DNA of 64,000 nt, from contig JAHFKK010000001.1 of NCBI GenBank assembly GCA_023245335.1, positions 683,282-747,281 on the forward strand. Reading direction: 5' to 3'. Of the stretch, positions 40,575 to 49,796 are shown piece by piece (the first letter of the stretch is position 1; every line of letters begins with the position of its first letter). The position numbers and the translations under genes were made by a program. The notes beneath the pieces are model-generated. The model ran no database searches and had not been told where the DNA came from. It worked only from the letters and a program-made list of their open reading frames with translations. This DNA comes from Candidatus Gottesmanbacteria bacterium (lineage in GTDB: Bacteria > Patescibacteriota > Microgenomatia > UBA10105 > UBA927).

Positions 40575-41486
40575 GTGGTGAAGAAAGTTCCCGTCGTATT
40601 ATTTGTTTTCCTTCTTGTCGTTATCGGTTGTTTGCTTCTTGTTTGGGGGAGGCATAATTTCTCGCCCAGTACCCCAGCGATCAGTGAAAAAAGAATAAAA
40701 GCCAACACTCCGGTTGACCACATCGTCGTCATCATGATGGAGAATAAAGCGTATCACGATGTGTTCGGAAGCGCCGATGCGCCGTACATCAATTCCCTGA
40801 TAAAGAAGTATAGTTTGGCAGACAATTATTCCGCCATTACGCACCCGAGCTTACCCAATTACCTTGCGCTTATCGGCGGCAGTACGTTTGGTGTCACCAC
40901 GGACTGTACGGATTGCTTTGTGGCGTCACCGAATTTGATTGACCAGTTGGAAGGCGCACATAAAACGTGGAAAGCATACATGGAGTCCATGCCGTCATCC
41001 TGTTTCATCGGAAATAGCGGATTATACGCTCAGAAACATAATCCGTTTATCTATTTTGATGATGTCCGGAATAATCCCAACCGTTGCATGAACATTGTTC
41101 CCTATATCGCGCTATCAAAGGATTTACAATCCGAGTCTACAACTCCGAACTTTATCTGGGTGAGTCCGAATTTATGTCATGACATGCATAATTGTTCCGT
41201 GGCTGAGGGGGATATGTGGTTATCACAACAGATACCACTGATATTGACCTCGCCAGCATTTACCAATAAACGATCGTTTCTGGTACTTACCTGGGATGAG
41301 GGCCAAGGTGCGGAAGGAAATAGAATAATGACCATTTTTGTCGGACCTGATGCACGACAAGCATATGTATCTCACACTGCGTATTCCCACTACTCTCTTT
41401 TGCACACTATTGAACTGCTCTGGGATATGCCTGCTATAACCTCGGATGTCTCCCGGAGTGCGGTTATGTCTGATATGTTGCAGTAA
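40575..41486 (+). CDS. Secreted phosphoesterase family protein (acid phosphatase/phospholipase C-like)
   Basis: Signal/TM segment; HIVVIMMEN, HPSLPNY, KHNPF, DMH, TWDE, HYSLL.TIE. Confidence 0.85.
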   Translation: MVKKVPVVLFVFLLVVIGCLLLVWGRHNFSPSTPAISEKRIKANTPVDHIVVIMMENKAYHDVFGSADAPYINSLIKKYSLADNYSAITHPSLPNYLALIGGSTFGVTTDCTDCFVASPNLIDQLEGAHKTWKAYMESMPSSCFIGNSGLYAQKHNPFIYFDDVRNNPNRCMNIVPYIALSKDLQSESTTPNFIWVSPNLCHDMHNCSVAEGDMWLSQQIPLILTSPAFTNKRSFLVLTWDEGQGAEGNRIMTIFVGPDARQAYVSHTAYSHYSLLHTIELLWDMPAITSDVSRSAVMSDMLQ

Positions 41487-41560
41487 ATGAATCTCTGACT
41501 GACCTGTCCAATTCTTCATTTTAGCTTGTTGCATAAGGCTAAACGCGATATTATATAGGT

Positions 41561-41812
41561 ATGTTTCCCAAAATAGATAAAGAAATTATGGTGTGTAGTA
41601 CCTGTGGGGAAGAGGTGGGGAAGGCGTCTTCGCCACGCGCAACCCGTTTCGGCCTATTCCTTCACCATGAAATATTGGCGAACCGTATGCTGACCCGATC
41701 ATTTCTTGAACAAGATCAGTCCATACGAGGCGGCGGGCGGATTTTGCCTATATTTGAGCTTGTTGGTCACAATATGGCGGTTCGGCAAAGCGAGTTCAAT
41801 AAGAAAGATTAA
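41561..41812 (+). CDS. Hypothetical protein with CxxC...H (possible Zn ligands)
   Basis: CSTC and HH/H residues; TATTAT 6 nt before ATG. Confidence 0.5.
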   Translation: MFPKIDKEIMVCSTCGEEVGKASSPRATRFGLFLHHEILANRMLTRSFLEQDQSIRGGGRILPIFELVGHNMAVRQSEFNKKD

Positions 41813-41877
41813 ATATGTGGTGACGTAGTCAGATCGGATATTGTTACATCTTATATCGTATCGTACAATTGATCCTT

Positions 41878-42126
41878 ATGTCTGCAAAAAGATTTGGTGG
41901 TTTTGAGCAATTAGGTCACGCCTATGCTTTTATGACCTCTATACGATCAGCAACTAAGGCTGATGACCTAGTCATGGATACGCTTGCTATTCCGTTGACT
42001 GATCCTGCGAATAAATTGTTTGATGTGGACACGCTTCTATTTCGGCGTAGTCTTACAGTGTGGAATATACAAAAAAATTCAAAACGGGCACTAACGAAAC
42101 GGAGTGAGGGAAAAGTCAGATTGTAA
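41878..42126 (+). CDS. Hypothetical protein
   Basis: TACAAT 8 nt before ATG. Confidence 0.4.
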   Translation: MSAKRFGGFEQLGHAYAFMTSIRSATKADDLVMDTLAIPLTDPANKLFDVDTLLFRRSLTVWNIQKNSKRALTKRSEGKVRL

Positions 42127-42131
42127 CATCG

Positions 42132-42160
42132 TTGTCTAATTATTGCCGATTTGTTATACT
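42132..42160 (+). promoter_or_regulatory. Sigma70 promoter of the ileS leader
   Basis: TTGTCT-N17-TATACT with extended TG. Confidence 0.7.
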
Positions 42161-42200
42161 TCCATAAGAATTGCATTTAACCCCGGCAATCACCGGGAAA

Positions 42201-42228
42201 GCCCCACTACGCTAAAGCTACGAGGGGC
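42201..42228. repeat. Small palindromic REP-like element, copy 1
   Basis: GCCCCACTACGCTAAAGCTACGAGGGGC. Confidence 0.7.
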
Positions 42229-42245
42229 AAGCAGAAGGAAGAAAA

Positions 42246-42274
42246 CCCCCACTTCGCATAAAGCTTCGTGGGGC
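42246..42274. repeat. Small palindromic REP-like element, copy 2
   Basis: CCCCCACTTCGCATAAAGCTTCGTGGGGC. Confidence 0.7.
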
Positions 42275-42401
42275 ACAGTAGACCCTTCCGGGAAAGCCCG
42301 TAACAGCCGGAAATAAGAAGCAAGTAAGGTGGTACCACCCCGATTTGATATCGCGGGTCCTTATAAAAACGGTACCTTTTTTTGTGGTGTAAGATAGAGT
42401 T

Positions 42402-45392
42402 ATGGTAAAAAAGCATACATTTCAGTCCGTCATACCGCAAATAAACTTTCCGGAGATGGAGAGGCGCCTCCTCAAGGATTGGTACGATACGGGCTTGGTA
42501 CAAAAGTATCTCCATAGAAACGATGCTTCCAAAAAACGATTTTCGTTTCTCGACGGGCCGATTACTGCAAATAATCCGATGGGTGTGCATCACGCGTGGG
42601 GCAGGACGTACAAAGACCTTTGGCAGCGATTTTATGCGCTTCGGGGCTACAAGGAACGGTTTCAGAATGGCTTTGACTGCCAGGGACTCTGGGTAGAAGT
42701 TGAGGTGGAAAAAGAACTCAAGCTCCGGAATAAAAAAGAGATAGAAAATCTGGTCGCGGGGGACAAAAAAGCTTCGATCGCCAAATTCGTCGAGCTCTGC
42801 CGCGAGCGCGTCCGTACGTTTAGCGGCATCCAGTCCGAGCAGAGTAAACGCCTGGGCTACATCGTGGACTGGGATAACTCGTATTACACGATGTCTGATG
42901 AAAACAACTACATGATCTGGTATTTTTTGAAGACCTGTTTTCAGAAAGGCTGGATATTCAAAGGCAAGGATTCCGTCCCATGGTGTCCGCGGTGTGAGAC
43001 CGCCATATCCCAGCATGAAATGCTGACGGAGGACTACAAGGAAGTCACGCATAAGGCTGTGTATCTCGAGTTCCCGATAGTCGGCAGATCCAAAGAATTC
43101 CTCCTCGTCTGGACGACCACGCCCTGGACCATACCGGCAAATATCGCGGTCGCGGTCGACAAGACACTAGACTACTCGTTGGTCGAAGGCACGTCAGGGA
43201 ATACCTTTTGGATTGTCAAAGAACGGGTTGACGCGGTCTTTGGTACGCGGTATACGCGGATAGTGAAAACGGTGAAAGGCCAGGAATTAGTGGGCCTCAA
43301 ATACACCGCGCCTTTTGACGATCTCGATATAGTCGTCAAGACTGCCAAGGAAAATTCTCACGTATTTCATACCGTGGTTGCGACTGACCCGATGATTTTA
43401 CCGGTCGTGACGACCGAAGGAACAGGACTGGTCCACACTGCCGTATCGGCCGGATCGGAAGACTTCAGACTCGGCAAGAAATACGGATTGCCCATGATAC
43501 CGGTCATAGACGATACAGCGACGTACCTGCCGCATATGGGTTTCTTATCCGGACAGAATGCCAAGAAACATCCGGAAGTCATCCTGGATTATCTCACCAA
43601 AAGGGAAAGTGAAGGGAAGCCGTGTGTGTTTACCATAGAAAATTATACGCATCGGTATCCTGCCTGCTGGCGGTGTAAAACCGAACTTGTCTGGAAGGTA
43701 GCGGACGAATGGTATATCGCGATGGACGTGAAGGAATCGGGGACAGGTAAAACGCTCCGGGAACAAATGAAGGACACAGCAAGACAGATCACCTGGAAGC
43801 CCGCGTTCGGTTTGGAGCGAGAGCTCGATTGGCTCGCCAACATGCACGACTGGCTCATAAGTAAGCCCAATAGGTATTGGGGATTGGCGCTTCCGATTTA
43901 CGAATGCAAAAAGTGCGGGTGGTTTACGGTCATTGGCAGCCGCGAGGAACTGAAAGCCAAAGCAGTGTCCGGCTGGGAATCGTTCGAGGGCCATACGCCG
44001 CATAAGCCGTACATAGACGATGTCAAAATCACATGTGATACATGCGGAGAGGTCGTTTCGCGGCTCAATGACGTCGGCAACGTGTGGCTGGATGCCGGGA
44101 TCGTCGGGTTTTCGACGCTTATCGATCCGCAAACAAAAACATTGAGTTACACCGGCGATAAGAAGTACTGGAAAGAATGGTATCCTGCGGACTTTATCAC
44201 CGAGTCATTTCCCGGACAATTCAAAAACTGGTTTTATTCCATGATCGCGATGTCGACGGTTTTGGAGAAGAAAACCTGTTTCAAAACCGTCCTCGGGTAC
44301 GGCTCTATGCTTGGTGAAGACGGCCGGCCCATGCACAAATCCTGGGGCAACTCGATCGAATTTAACGAAGGAGCCGATAAAATCGGCGCGGACGTCATGC
44401 GCTGGATGTTTGTCAAACATAATCCCGAACAAAACATGCTATTTGGGTATAAGCTTGCGGATGAAACACGCCGGAAATTTCATCTGCTTTTGTGGAACGT
44501 CTATAACTTCTTCATTACCTATGCGGTCATCGACGGGTGGACTCCTGGGGAAGACGCAACGTCGCCGTACGTCCTGGACCGGTGGATCATGAGTCGGCTT
44601 CATGGACTCATCCCATTGGTCACCACATCACTGGAAGCGTTTGACGCGGCAACGGCCGCAAATGCCATAGAAGCATTCGTGACGGATTTGTCTCAATGGT
44701 ACGTACGAAGGAGCCGCGATCGCATAGGACCGACAGTCGATGCTTCGGATGATAAGAATGCGTGTTATGCGACGCTGTATGAAGTTCTCGTGACCCTCAT
44801 GGGTATTCTCGCACCGTTTATTCCGTATCTTGCCGAAGAAATGTATCGTAATTTGACCGGGAAATCTTCGGTGCATCTTTCCGACTGGCCCCAAGTACAT
44901 GAAAATCTCATCGATAGATCATTAGAAAAAGAAATGGTTGTCGCGCGCGCGATAGTAGAAAAGGCGCATGGGCAGCGCAAAGATAAAGGAGTAAAAGTGC
45001 GGGTCCCGCTTGCTTCTCTGACGTATACGGCAGCAACTAAATTGCCGGCGGACGTGGAGGAGGTACTTGCCGCAGAAACCAATGTGAAGCAGGTCCGTCA
45101 TGAAAAAGTAAAAGAATCCGAAGAAGTTTTCGTGGCGCTCGATTTTACCGTCACCAAAGAGCTTGCTGAGGAAGGCGAAGTACGCGAACTGACCCGTCAG
45201 GTACAAATGCTTCGGAAAGAAAAAGGGTGTAAGATAGATGAGCGCGTGGCGCTGACCCTACCGGAAAAATATAAATCCTTGCCGGAAAATCTGTTGAAAC
45301 AAATCAAAAAAGAAACGCTCGCGAATGTGATCACATGGGCAACCGATCTTTCCATATCTACCACCAAGGCGACCAACACGTCGATTGGGTAG
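42402..45392 (+). CDS. ileS: Isoleucine-tRNA ligase, type 2
   Basis: DGPITAN...GVHH, GFDCQGL.VE, WTTTPWT, GTGLVH, DW.IS...RYWG, PMHKS.GN; no C-terminal type-1 zinc finger. Confidence 0.95.
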   Translation: MVKKHTFQSVIPQINFPEMERRLLKDWYDTGLVQKYLHRNDASKKRFSFLDGPITANNPMGVHHAWGRTYKDLWQRFYALRGYKERFQNGFDCQGLWVEVEVEKELKLRNKKEIENLVAGDKKASIAKFVELCRERVRTFSGIQSEQSKRLGYIVDWDNSYYTMSDENNYMIWYFLKTCFQKGWIFKGKDSVPWCPRCETAISQHEMLTEDYKEVTHKAVYLEFPIVGRSKEFLLVWTTTPWTIPANIAVAVDKTLDYSLVEGTSGNTFWIVKERVDAVFGTRYTRIVKTVKGQELVGLKYTAPFDDLDIVVKTAKENSHVFHTVVATDPMILPVVTTEGTGLVHTAVSAGSEDFRLGKKYGLPMIPVIDDTATYLPHMGFLSGQNAKKHPEVILDYLTKRESEGKPCVFTIENYTHRYPACWRCKTELVWKVADEWYIAMDVKESGTGKTLREQMKDTARQITWKPAFGLERELDWLANMHDWLISKPNRYWGLALPIYECKKCGWFTVIGSREELKAKAVSGWESFEGHTPHKPYIDDVKITCDTCGEVVSRLNDVGNVWLDAGIVGFSTLIDPQTKTLSYTGDKKYWKEWYPADFITESFPGQFKNWFYSMIAMSTVLEKKTCFKTVLGYGSMLGEDGRPMHKSWGNSIEFNEGADKIGADVMRWMFVKHNPEQNMLFGYKLADETRRKFHLLLWNVYNFFITYAVIDGWTPGEDATSPYVLDRWIMSRLHGLIPLVTTSLEAFDAATAANAIEAFVTDLSQWYVRRSRDRIGPTVDASDDKNACYATLYEVLVTLMGILAPFIPYLAEEMYRNLTGKSSVHLSDWPQVHENLIDRSLEKEMVVARAIVEKAHGQRKDKGVKVRVPLASLTYTAATKLPADVEEVLAAETNVKQVRHEKVKESEEVFVALDFTVTKELAEEGEVRELTRQVQMLRKEKGCKIDERVALTLPEKYKSLPENLLKQIKKETLANVITWATDLSISTTKATNTSIG

Positions 45393-46441
45393 TCCTTCTT
45401 GCGTTACTCCTTCTCGGATTCGTCGGGCTTTTCGTACTTCTCACGACGAGCGTCGGTTTATTCTGGCAGCAGTTGTTTTTTTTGGTGATCGGCGCGGTTA
45501 TCGTATTTTTTGTTTCCAAGTTGGATGCGATTATTTTGTGGTGGTTTGCACCATACGCATATGCGTTATCCCTTGTCCTTCTGGTGGCATCGTATCTTGC
45601 GCATCCGATCCGTGGCGCTTCCCGGTGGATTATCATCGGAGGCAATCAGCTTCAGCCGTCGGAAATGGTCAAGCCGCTCCTCATCCTGGCGTTTGCGCGG
45701 ATGATCACGACGTACTCCCCGCGGTCACTGCGGACGTTTTGGATCCATGCCCTGATGTTTGGTGTACCGTTTCTTCTGGTTTTTCACCAGCCTGACTTGG
45801 GGACAGCGCTCGTTTACGCAGGTTCGTGGTTTGCCATGATGATTGCCGGCGGATTTCCCCTCATACTCCTGGTGATCGGCGCGATCGTTATAGCGGCCGG
45901 ATTCCCGTTTCTTTGGCATGCGCTCGCCCCATATCAGCGCGGCCGGATACTCACGTTTCTCAATCCTGCGGCTGACCCGCAAGGAGCTGGGTACAATGCG
46001 CTCCAGGCAATGATTGCCGTCGGGAGCGGACAACTCTTCGGGCGGGGTCTGGGGCGGGGTACACAGAGTCATTTGCGGTTTTTACCCGAGTACCATACGG
46101 ATTTCATTTTCGCGACATTTGTCGAAGAATTGGGGTTCGTGGGGGGAGTCACGCTTTTGGTTCTCTATGGGACGCTCTTGTGGCAACTCCTCCGGCCATA
46201 CGTCCGAGGGACAATCGGTAATCCGTTCGTGTTTTTTTATACCGTTGGCCTTTTCGGCATACTCCTCACCCAAGTCGTCATCAATACCGGCATGAACATG
46301 GGAATCATTCCGGTGACCGGTATTACGCTGCCGTTCGTATCATACGGGGGGAGCTCGATATTGTCCCTTTGTGTGGCGTTTGGCTTCCTTATCGCACTGC
46401 GGCGCGGAGGAAATAACGAGGGGAGCATTGCAATTCAGTGA
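45335..46441 (+). CDS. rodA: SEDS polymerase RodA
   Basis: GASRWI, QPSE..K, QPDLGT, GYN..QA.IA.GSG, LPE.HTDFIF, P.TG..LPF.SYGGS. Confidence 0.88.
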   Translation: MGNRSFHIYHQGDQHVDWVVLLALLLLGFVGLFVLLTTSVGLFWQQLFFLVIGAVIVFFVSKLDAIILWWFAPYAYALSLVLLVASYLAHPIRGASRWIIIGGNQLQPSEMVKPLLILAFARMITTYSPRSLRTFWIHALMFGVPFLLVFHQPDLGTALVYAGSWFAMMIAGGFPLILLVIGAIVIAAGFPFLWHALAPYQRGRILTFLNPAADPQGAGYNALQAMIAVGSGQLFGRGLGRGTQSHLRFLPEYHTDFIFATFVEELGFVGGVTLLVLYGTLLWQLLRPYVRGTIGNPFVFFYTVGLFGILLTQVVINTGMNMGIIPVTGITLPFVSYGGSSILSLCVAFGFLIALRRGGNNEGSIAIQ

Positions 46442-46463
46442 GCCTACCGATATAATACTACGC

Positions 46464-46778
46464 ATGTTTGCTATAGTTCGCATCGGAAATAAGCAGTACA
46501 AAGTCGCCCCAACCGACGTCATTTTGGTTGACAAAGTCGAGGGTAAAGCCGGTGATGTCCTCAAGTTTACTGACGTCTTACTCGTGGGTGACGGGAAGAA
46601 GGTAGAGGTCGGCGCACCGCTTGTGAAAGGCATGGTCGTGACGGCAAAAATAGTCGGTCAGGAAAAAGGTGAAAAGATAGCCGTCCGAAGATTCAAAAGT
46701 AAAGTACGGTATCGACGTCATACAGGGTTCCGTGCAGATCTCACGAGGTTGGAAGTGACCAGTGTTTCCAGCGCATGA
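46464..46778 (+). CDS. rplU: 50S ribosomal protein L21
   Basis: MFAIVRIGNKQYKV, G.P, RR.KSK.RY. Confidence 0.95.
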   Translation: MFAIVRIGNKQYKVAPTDVILVDKVEGKAGDVLKFTDVLLVGDGKKVEVGAPLVKGMVVTAKIVGQEKGEKIAVRRFKSKVRYRRHTGFRADLTRLEVTSVSSA

Positions 46779-47935
46779 AACGGACCATCTTCATCCTTGG
46801 ACGTACTCCCGAACTTGCCACCATCGAACTTCAGGCCCTCTATCCTACGACAACGCTGTTATTGCCGGGTATTGCTGTCGGAACAGGAGGCATTGACGTA
46901 AAGGAGGCAATCACTCATCTTGGTGGTACCGTCAAGATAGCCGAAGAGATAAGCGAAGTCCCCGACATAGACGTTCATGTGCTTTTTAGCTCGCTTCTCC
47001 CGTTTGTCTCTGAAAATCGGATTACCTTCGGTATAAGCGCGTATGGCTCTACCCGTATACCGCAGTCTACATATACCGGAGTGAAACAGCTTTTTATGGT
47101 CCGTGGTATATCGGTCCGCTATGTAGAATCCAAACATGATCAGGCACTGGGAAGCGTCGTCGTTTCCAAGCAACACGTGACGGAGCTTGTCGTCATAGGT
47201 ATGCAGGGGAGTCACATACTCGGGGTGACGAAGGCGGTGCAGGACTTCGAGGATTGGAATACCCGCGACTCTGCGCGGCCGGCGCCGGATCCGCGTCGTG
47301 GCATGTTGCCGCCCAAAGTTGCCCGCATGATCGTCAACATTGCTCTTGGTCCCGTATCTCATGCGCCAAAAGTGTTGCTCGACCCGTTTTGCGGTGTCGG
47401 TACCATTGTCGCTGAAGCCTTGATGCGCGATACACAAGCCATTGGGATGGACATATCGGCTGATGCAGTCGGGAAAGCCCAAAAAAATATTGCGTGGCTA
47501 CGCGCACAGTACGGCATGCTGCAAAAAGAGCCGGTACGTATTGAGGTTGGGGATGCGACGCATGTGTCTGAGCTTATCCCCCTCGTATCCGTTGACGGTA
47601 TAGCGACAGAACCTTTATTAGGAGAACAGTTGCACATACCCGAAGGAGACCCATTGCAGGAACAGCGCGTCAAAAATATTATCAAAGGGTTGGAAAAACT
47701 CTACATAGGATGCCTTAAGGAATGGGCAAAGGTTCTGAAACCAGGGAGCAAGGTCGTCATGGCAACGCCGGCGTACGTAACACGTCGCGGAATCGTCACC
47801 GTGAAAAAAGTTGTTGACAGATGTGAAATCCTCGGATATACTCTCCTCACTGGACCTATAGAATACAGTAGACCGCAGGCTATGGTCCGTCGAGAATTTT
47901 ACGTTTTTCAAAAATCGTTAATTGTTAAAAGTTAA
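46775..47935 (+). CDS. Trm11/TrmG10-like SAM-dependent RNA methyltransferase
   Basis: LGR.PEL...[29 protein letters not shown]. Confidence 0.75.
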   Translation: MKRTIFILGRTPELATIELQALYPTTTLLLPGIAVGTGGIDVKEAITHLGGTVKIAEEISEVPDIDVHVLFSSLLPFVSENRITFGISAYGSTRIPQSTYTGVKQLFMVRGISVRYVESKHDQALGSVVVSKQHVTELVVIGMQGSHILGVTKAVQDFEDWNTRDSARPAPDPRRGMLPPKVARMIVNIALGPVSHAPKVLLDPFCGVGTIVAEALMRDTQAIGMDISADAVGKAQKNIAWLRAQYGMLQKEPVRIEVGDATHVSELIPLVSVDGIATEPLLGEQLHIPEGDPLQEQRVKNIIKGLEKLYIGCLKEWAKVLKPGSKVVMATPAYVTRRGIVTVKKVVDRCEILGYTLLTGPIEYSRPQAMVRREFYVFQKSLIVKS

Positions 47936-47954
47936 TGTGTTAATTGGTATTACT

Positions 47955-48212
47955 ATGGCACACGTCAAAGCAGGTGGAACAGCAAAAGGAAATAAAGATT
48001 CCGTATCGAAACGTTTAGGCGTCAAGGTGTATGGCGGGCAGGTCGCGGGAGCAGGTAACGTCATCGTACGTCAAAAGGGTACGCGGTATTTTCCCGGTAC
48101 GGGAGTGAATATGGGCAAAGACTTTACGATCTTTGCAACGATTTCCGGTGTAGTCAACTTTCTGACCAAGCGTGGTAAACGGTACGTGTCGGTCTTGCCC
48201 TCGCACGGTTAA
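47955..48212 (+). CDS. rpmA: 50S ribosomal protein L27
   Basis: MAHVKAGG...DS.SKRLGVK..GG, IVRQ.GT, G.DFTIFA. Confidence 0.95.
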   Translation: MAHVKAGGTAKGNKDSVSKRLGVKVYGGQVAGAGNVIVRQKGTRYFPGTGVNMGKDFTIFATISGVVNFLTKRGKRYVSVLPSHG

Positions 48213-48216
48213 TCAA

Positions 48217-49032
48217 ATGGCAGACACCCAACAAGTGCTTCATCTGGATTTGGATTTATTGCAAGCGAATCCGCTACAACCTCGTGGCATGATTGGGGCA
48301 GAGGCCCTCGCGGATCTCGTCGGCTCCATCAAAGAACACGGGATCATAGAACCACTCGTCGTCGCAAAGACCCCCGCTGGCTATCAGATTATCGCCGGAG
48401 AACGCCGATGGCGGGCGGCTAAAGTCGCCGGACTTTCGACGGTACCGGTCATCATCAAGGAAACCAGCGCGAAGGGCATGCTGGAAATGGCACTGGTAGA
48501 AAACGTACAGCGCGTCGACCTCAATCCTATTGATCGTGCGCTTGCGTTTCAACGGTTAATTGAGGAATTCGGACTGAGTGTCACGGAAATTGCCAAACGG
48601 ATAGGGAAAAGCGAATCGTATGTAAGTAATACCATGCGGCTTCTCGCACTGCCGGATGCAATCAAGGATGGTTTGGTCTCGGCAGCAATCAGTGAGGGTC
48701 ACGCACGCGCAATTGCAGGGCTGAACGACGTCAAGCTCATGGTGGATGCCTATAAGACCATCCTCGCGGAGAATGCGTCGGTCAGACGTGCTGAGGATTT
48801 GGCGAGGAGACTGAAAGCGAAGTCCGATCAGCAGCCCGCACACAAGATCGAACGCATCCATAGTGATGAGCTCGATACCATCGCTAAGGATCTTGCGCAG
48901 GCAGTCAACGGGCTCGTGAAAATTACTCAGTCCAAAGTGGAAGCGCGCGTCGTTTTTGTCATCCGTGGTAATTTAGAAACGACGAGTAAGTCACTGAAGC
49001 TTATCCATAGCCGCATGTCTGATAAAAAGTAA
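48217..49032 (+). CDS. parB: ParB/Spo0J partition protein
   Basis: NP.QPR, IIAGERRWRA, ENVQR.DL, HTH KS.SYVSN..RLL, GHAR. Confidence 0.9.
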   Translation: MADTQQVLHLDLDLLQANPLQPRGMIGAEALADLVGSIKEHGIIEPLVVAKTPAGYQIIAGERRWRAAKVAGLSTVPVIIKETSAKGMLEMALVENVQRVDLNPIDRALAFQRLIEEFGLSVTEIAKRIGKSESYVSNTMRLLALPDAIKDGLVSAAISEGHARAIAGLNDVKLMVDAYKTILAENASVRRAEDLARRLKAKSDQQPAHKIERIHSDELDTIAKDLAQAVNGLVKITQSKVEARVVFVIRGNLETTSKSLKLIHSRMSDKK

Positions 49033-49048
49033 ATTTCTCTCTTTTCTT

Positions 49049-49609
49049 TCAGAGCTGGTAGCTTGGGTGAGGGATGATGCCGACAGCAGTGGTCGGCCAG
49101 TATCGGAAGAATGCCTGGCCGATAAAATCTTGTAGCGCGATAAGCCCAAATTCCCGTGAATCCGAACTCCCCGGCCGGTTGTCTCCCGATACGAAGTATT
49201 CTCCGGGAGGAATTTCTATTTGTGTGTTTTCCTGGAGAAATGTCCCACCGTAGAGCGGTTTGTTGTACGGGTACGGCTCATCTAATTCCTTTCCGTTTAT
49301 GTAATAGTGCTGATTCTTGATTTCAAGCGTTTCCCCGGGCAGCCCGATGACGCGTTTGATGTAATCGATGTCTTTGTTCATAGGAGATTTGACGATCACG
49401 ATGTCGCCGCGCTGCGGATTAATCATTTTGTAGATAATTTTATTGGTGAGGATATAATCGCCGTTGTGGAAGTTGGGTTCCATGGAGTGGCCGCTGACTT
49501 CCTGCGGGGACATGATGAAAAGATATATCATGACCAAAACGGCGGCGATTGCGACGATTCCTTGCAAAAAATCAAAAACCGCGGCGATACCGCGCTTTAT
49601 GGCATCCAT
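49049..49609 (-). CDS. lepB: Signal peptidase I
   Basis: SMEP, YIKRVIGLPG, GDNR..S.DSR.FG; start taken at MDAIKR. Confidence 0.92.
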   Translation of the reverse strand: MDAIKRGIAAVFDFLQGIVAIAAVLVMIYLFIMSPQEVSGHSMEPNFHNGDYILTNKIIYKMINPQRGDIVIVKSPMNKDIDYIKRVIGLPGETLEIKNQHYYINGKELDEPYPYNKPLYGGTFLQENTQIEIPPGEYFVSGDNRPGSSDSREFGLIALQDFIGQAFFRYWPTTAVGIIPHPSYQL

Positions 49610-49796
49610 ATGATACCTATGAGTGTAGAGCACTCTCCGAAGGTGGTCAAGGTGGTGAAAAAACAGTATAATACGAAAAGTCTGGTCATCAAAATACACC
49701 GTTGGAAAAGCCAGATAAGACGACACGCATAGGGTCAAATCGTTGCGAGCGTACCTACGCGAGTGAATAGCTTGCAACACAACCTAAAAAAGATAG

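Larger units (their letters stand above)
42172..42383 (+). ncRNA. T-box riboswitch with ultrashort Stem I and Ile (AUC) specifier
   Basis: Stem I CCCGG-CAATCA-CCGGG; Stem II GAAGG-AAGAA...AGTA-GAC-CCTTC; IIA CGGG-AAAG-CCCG-TAAC; T-box AAGGTGGTACCAC with antiterminator TAAGG/CCTTA; U7 tract; lies upstream of ileS. Confidence 0.88.

Noticed and set aside
42201-42274. Mini CRISPR array
   Set aside because: Only two imperfect copies with a 17-nt spacer that is a conserved T-box motif; no cas genes
42207-43052. 281-aa minus-strand ORF
   Set aside because: Antisense shadow of ileS and the T-box, with no recognisable motifs
49610-49780. N-terminal extension of the lepB ORF
   Set aside because: Not signal-peptidase-like and overlaps promoter and structured sequence; start moved to 49609
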